Shown piece by piece: positions 60,925 through 64,000 of a DNA stretch of 64,000 bases. Position 1 is the first letter of the stretch. The number at the start of each line of letters is the position of its first letter. The DNA comes from a virus (taxonomy: Duplodnaviria > Caudoviricetes), in the IMG/VR virus record IMGVR_UViG_3300028048_000064, positions 32,001-96,000 of that record; one strand, written 5' to 3'. Below the pieces are notes generated by a model. The model did not search any database and was not told where the DNA came from. It was given only the letters and a program-made list of their open reading frames with translations. A program made the translations under genes and the position numbers.

Positions 60925-61941
60925 GTGGAAGAAAGTGTACTAAATTTGTTATATACCTTTTTGGGTAGTTATGGAAAACATTCAGGTGAATGGTATTCTT
61001 TTAATTGTCCTGAGTGTGCAGCAGAGAAAGGAGTTAAGGCCGACAATAAATACAACCTTGAAGTGAAGATAGACCTTACAGTTAAGGGCTGTGGAGGGTA
61101 TCATTGTTGGCGTTGTAAGGACACAAATGGTACAAAAGGTACACTTGTATCACTTTTCAAAAAATATGCCTCTAAAACGGTCTTAGATGAGTTTAAACAG
61201 ATAGTAAATGACTTCCGTGAAGCAAAGAAGTATGAACTATTTGATGGAAGTGGTGTAATTCCGGATGAATTTATTGAAGATAATGAATTTTATCTCCCTG
61301 AAGGTTTTAAACCTATAAGGGAAAATGACAAATATGCTGCCGATGTTAAGCAATATCTCTTGAAACGTGGTATTGATGATAAGATTATTAAGAAATACAA
61401 TATTGGTTATATTGGAAACAATCCATCAGTACATTTCTCATTAAGAAATAGGGTGGTTATACCATCATATGATGCTTTTGACAGCCTTAACTATTGGGTC
61501 GGACGTGATTATACAGGGAAAAACAAGATTAGATACAAAAACCCAAAGGCTGAGAAGACACAATTCATATTTAACGAGGGAAAAATCAATTGGTATGAGC
61601 CTATTACACTTGTAGAAGGTCCATTTGACCATATTGTAGTACCAAATTCAATTCCTTTGTTGGGTAAAACCTTGGATAAGGATTATTTGCTATATAAGAC
61701 ACTTATTCAGCGTTCAAGAAGTCTTATTTACATATTATTGGATGATGATGCATTATATAACGCCAAGAAGATATATAAATTGCTTGAAAATTCAGAATTA
61801 AGTGGCCGAATTAGGTTAATTGAATGTCCGGCAGGTTATGATGCTTCATTGGTGTATGAAAAATACGGAAAGAAAGGGATTGTTTCACTTTTAACACATG
61901 CCAAGAAGTTAAATGACTATGATTTAGCAACTTTTCACTAA
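60925..61941 (+). CDS. DNA primase (Zn finger + TOPRIM)
   Basis: CPEC...HCWRC, YL.KRGI, RVVIPS, GR, YKNP, VEGPFD, LDDDA. Start reassigned to GTG 60925 because the TTG at 60901 lies within the -7 box. Confidence 0.88.
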   Translation: MEESVLNLLYTFLGSYGKHSGEWYSFNCPECAAEKGVKADNKYNLEVKIDLTVKGCGGYHCWRCKDTNGTKGTLVSLFKKYASKTVLDEFKQIVNDFREAKKYELFDGSGVIPDEFIEDNEFYLPEGFKPIRENDKYAADVKQYLLKRGIDDKIIKKYNIGYIGNNPSVHFSLRNRVVIPSYDAFDSLNYWVGRDYTGKNKIRYKNPKAEKTQFIFNEGKINWYEPITLVEGPFDHIVVPNSIPLLGKTLDKDYLLYKTLIQRSRSLIYILLDDDALYNAKKIYKLLENSELSGRIRLIECPAGYDASLVYEKYGKKGIVSLLTHAKKLNDYDLATFH

Positions 61942-61945
61942 ATAA

Positions 61946-61977
61946 TTTGGTCATTTCAGAAAATTATAGTATATTTG
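61946..61977 (+). promoter_or_regulatory. Bacteroidota -33/-7 promoter
   Basis: TTTG(61946)-N20-TATATTTG(61970). Confidence 0.75.
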
Positions 61978-62003
61978 CAAACGTAAAAGAATATTAATTA
62001 AAA

Positions 62004-62435
62004 ATGACTGTTGAAGTAGAGTTAATAAATAGGATATATACGAATTTATGTGAGTTCTGTGATGCCAATGGCTTAGATGTACAGGAATACATGTCAAATG
62101 CTATTACGGAAAGATATAATCTTGATAAGTATGGTGATTTGAATGAGAAGTTGGCAAAGAAAGAAGAAAAGAAGCCAACTACTAAACGTACTAAGAAAAA
62201 TCAAAGCGAAGCAGAGTTAGCAACAGAAGAATTCAACAAAATTGTAGTTGATAAATTAGTTTCTATGGTTAAAGGAAATGATGAACAAGACAATAGAGCA
62301 CAGACTGATGAAATCAGAGAAGAAGTCATCAAGGAGGAAACAGAAGAAACAAAGCAGCCAACAATTGAACCCATTGTGGTACAAGGAGATGGTGACAAAC
62401 CTAAGAAGGTAAGAAGAACATTAAAAACTAAGTAG
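62004..62435 (+). CDS. Hypothetical protein
   Basis: 143 aa, charged, behind a host-type promoter. Confidence 0.6.
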   Translation: MTVEVELINRIYTNLCEFCDANGLDVQEYMSNAITERYNLDKYGDLNEKLAKKEEKKPTTKRTKKNQSEAELATEEFNKIVVDKLVSMVKGNDEQDNRAQTDEIREEVIKEETEETKQPTIEPIVVQGDGDKPKKVRRTLKTK

Positions 62436-62451
62436 AAAAGAAAAAATATAT

Positions 62452-64000
62452 ATGGTAAATGTAAATCCGACTGATAAACTTGTATTTGATTTGAAGATGC
62501 TTCAGATTGACTACAATGAACAGAAGAAACAATCACTTAGAAAGGAAATATCAGAGAAGTATGGTGTTCCCTTGAAGAATGTTGAAATAAATTTCATACC
62601 AATTACTGTCAATAAGGATGGTGATAGAATTTCCTTGACATCAGATGTTATTGAGAATATCCAAGACCCAAATTTCCAAGTTGGTTTGTTTAAGGAATAT
62701 TTGGATTTAAAGGATATTAAGGATGTAGATTTTGAGGAAATCAAGAAAATTGATGCACAGGTCAACGCATTTGTAGATTTTGACCAATATTCAAAATATA
62801 AGTTGTATAAGTTCAAGTATGTAAAGTGGAAGAATTACCTTTCATATGGTAATGATAACTATTTTGACTTTACTAAACTTCACGGCCTTGTCCTTTTGAA
62901 TGGAGAACCTGAAAACCAGAGTGGTAAGACTACATTTGCCATTGATTTGCTTAGATTTGCATTATTTGGAAAGGCACAAAAGTCACCAAGTCTTGACAGT
63001 GTGTTTAATGTGTATCATCCGGAAGAAACTGAGGTAATGGTTGAAGCCGGTATTGAGATAGATGGCATAGACTATGTTATTAGAAGAACTGTTACACGTC
63101 CGGCATTAGCAAAGAGAACAAAGAAGAGTAAGGCCAAACAGAAGATTGAATATTTCAAACTCACAAATGGAGATTATGAACTTATTGAGAATTGTGAGGG
63201 TGAAAGTGGAACAGAAACCAATAATATTATTAAAGAGTCAGTAGGAAGTGTTGATGATTATAACCTTGTAATTTCTGCAACGGCAAAGACACTTGGTGAT
63301 TTGTTGGATATGGGTCAGACAGATAAGGGTAAACTCTTTTCTCGTTGGCTTGGATTACTTACAATTGAAAAGAAAGAAGAAATTGCCAAGGATTTGTGGA
63401 AGAAACAGATTTCTCCGTCTTTGCTTTCAAATACATATAATAAGGCAACTATTGATAGCGAAATCACTGATTATGAGGCAGCAATCAAGGGAGATAAGGA
63501 AGAGGTTGAGAAGACTCAAGTAAAATTGAATGCATCCAATGATAGGATAAATTCACTTAATACGGAAAAAGTCAATGTCCTTACCAATAGAAAGGAAATC
63601 AAAGAGGAATTGATTAAACTTGATGTTACAACCATTGAGACTAAACTTACAAATCATAATGCAGAACTTACCAATTACCGTGCTCAGTTGGCAAAATTCA
63701 AAGAGGATTATACAATTGTAAAAGATGCTAAATATGATGAGGATGAATATAATAAGGTAAATACTGCACGAGAGGGTAAAATTAAGGAACAGAAGGTATT
63801 TCTTGATAGGAATATTGAAATAAAGGTAGAAATCGGTCATTTACGTACAGATACCAAACGTATTGAGAAACTTATTGAGGATAAGGTTTGTCCTACTTGT
63901 GGCCATCCAATTGAATTAGATGAACAGAATGGCTTTATAGATAAGAATAAGCAAGCAGAGGATAAACTTATTGAGGAAGGAAAGAAAAACAAAGCCGAAA
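62452..64000 (+). CDS. SbcC/Rad50-like ATPase (gp46-like) with N-terminal extension, 3'-truncated by the window edge
   Basis: Missing from the ORF track (no stop before the edge). My translation: MVNVNPTDKLVFDLK...KWKNYLSYG...LNGEPENQSGKTT...LRFALFG, coiled coil, zinc hook CPTC at 63889-63900. Confidence 0.88.
   Translation, partial: MVNVNPTDKLVFDLKMLQIDYNEQKKQSLRKEISEKYGVPLKNVEINFIPITVNKDGDRISLTSDVIENIQDPNFQVGLFKEYLDLKDIKDVDFEEIKKIDAQVNAFVDFDQYSKYKLYKFKYVKWKNYLSYGNDNYFDFTKLHGLVLLNGEPENQSGKTTFAIDLLRFALFGKAQKSPSLDSVFNVYHPEETEVMVEAGIEIDGIDYVIRRTVTRPALAKRTKKSKAKQKIEYFKLTNGDYELIENCEGESGTETNNIIKESVGSVDDYNLVISATAKTLGDLLDMGQTDKGKLFSRWLGLLTIEKKEEIAKDLWKKQISPSLLSNTYNKATIDSEITDYEAAIKGDKEEVEKTQVKLNASNDRINSLNTEKVNVLTNRKEIKEELIKLDVTTIETKLTNHNAELTNYRAQLAKFKEDYTIVKDAKYDEDEYNKVNTAREGKIKEQKVFLDRNIEIKVEIGHLRTDTKRIEKLIEDKVCPTCGHPIELDEQNGFIDKNKQAEDKLIEEGKKNKAE

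Noticed and set aside
1-64000. Stop-codon reassignment (TAG to Gln, as in Lak and some crAss-like phages)
   Set aside because: Long genes are intact in code 11 with high coding density, and TAG occurs only at plausible gene ends.
1-64000. CRISPR array, tRNA/rRNA genes, diversity-generating retroelement
   Set aside because: No regularly spaced repeats, cloverleaf-like GC stems, reverse transcriptase or adenine-variant repeat pair were seen; intergenic gaps are short. Not confirmed by software.

Overview
A 64 kb, AT-rich, gene-dense segment of a large T4-like (contractile-tail) bacteriophage, read in the standard genetic code. The host is very probably an anaerobic Bacteroidota (Prevotella/Bacteroides-like): nine canonical TTTG-N19/20-TAnnTTTG promoters, BACON domains and a class III ribonucleotide reductase support this. 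The window holds (i) a tail tube gene flanked by three opposite-strand zinc-ribbon-array endonuclease genes; (ii) a tail/baseplate module (hub chaperone, tape measure, OmpA-containing protein, LysM protein, giant hub protein with two peptidoglycan hydrolase domains, gp25 and gp6-like wedge proteins, several large structural proteins); (iii) a replication/recombination module (gp32-like SSB, thymidine kinase, RecA/UvsX, 5'-3' exonuclease, DnaB-like helicase, SbcD, RuvC-like resolvase, primase, SbcC running off the right edge); and (iv) nrdD-nrdG translationally coupled to a formate/nitrite channel gene. The best candidates for an undescribed system are the nrdDG plus formate-channel operon and the Zn-array/nuclease/Mom-like GNAT fusion family, which also left a collapsed pseudogene near 29 kb. 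All protein calls come from motif recognition by eye; no database searches were run.
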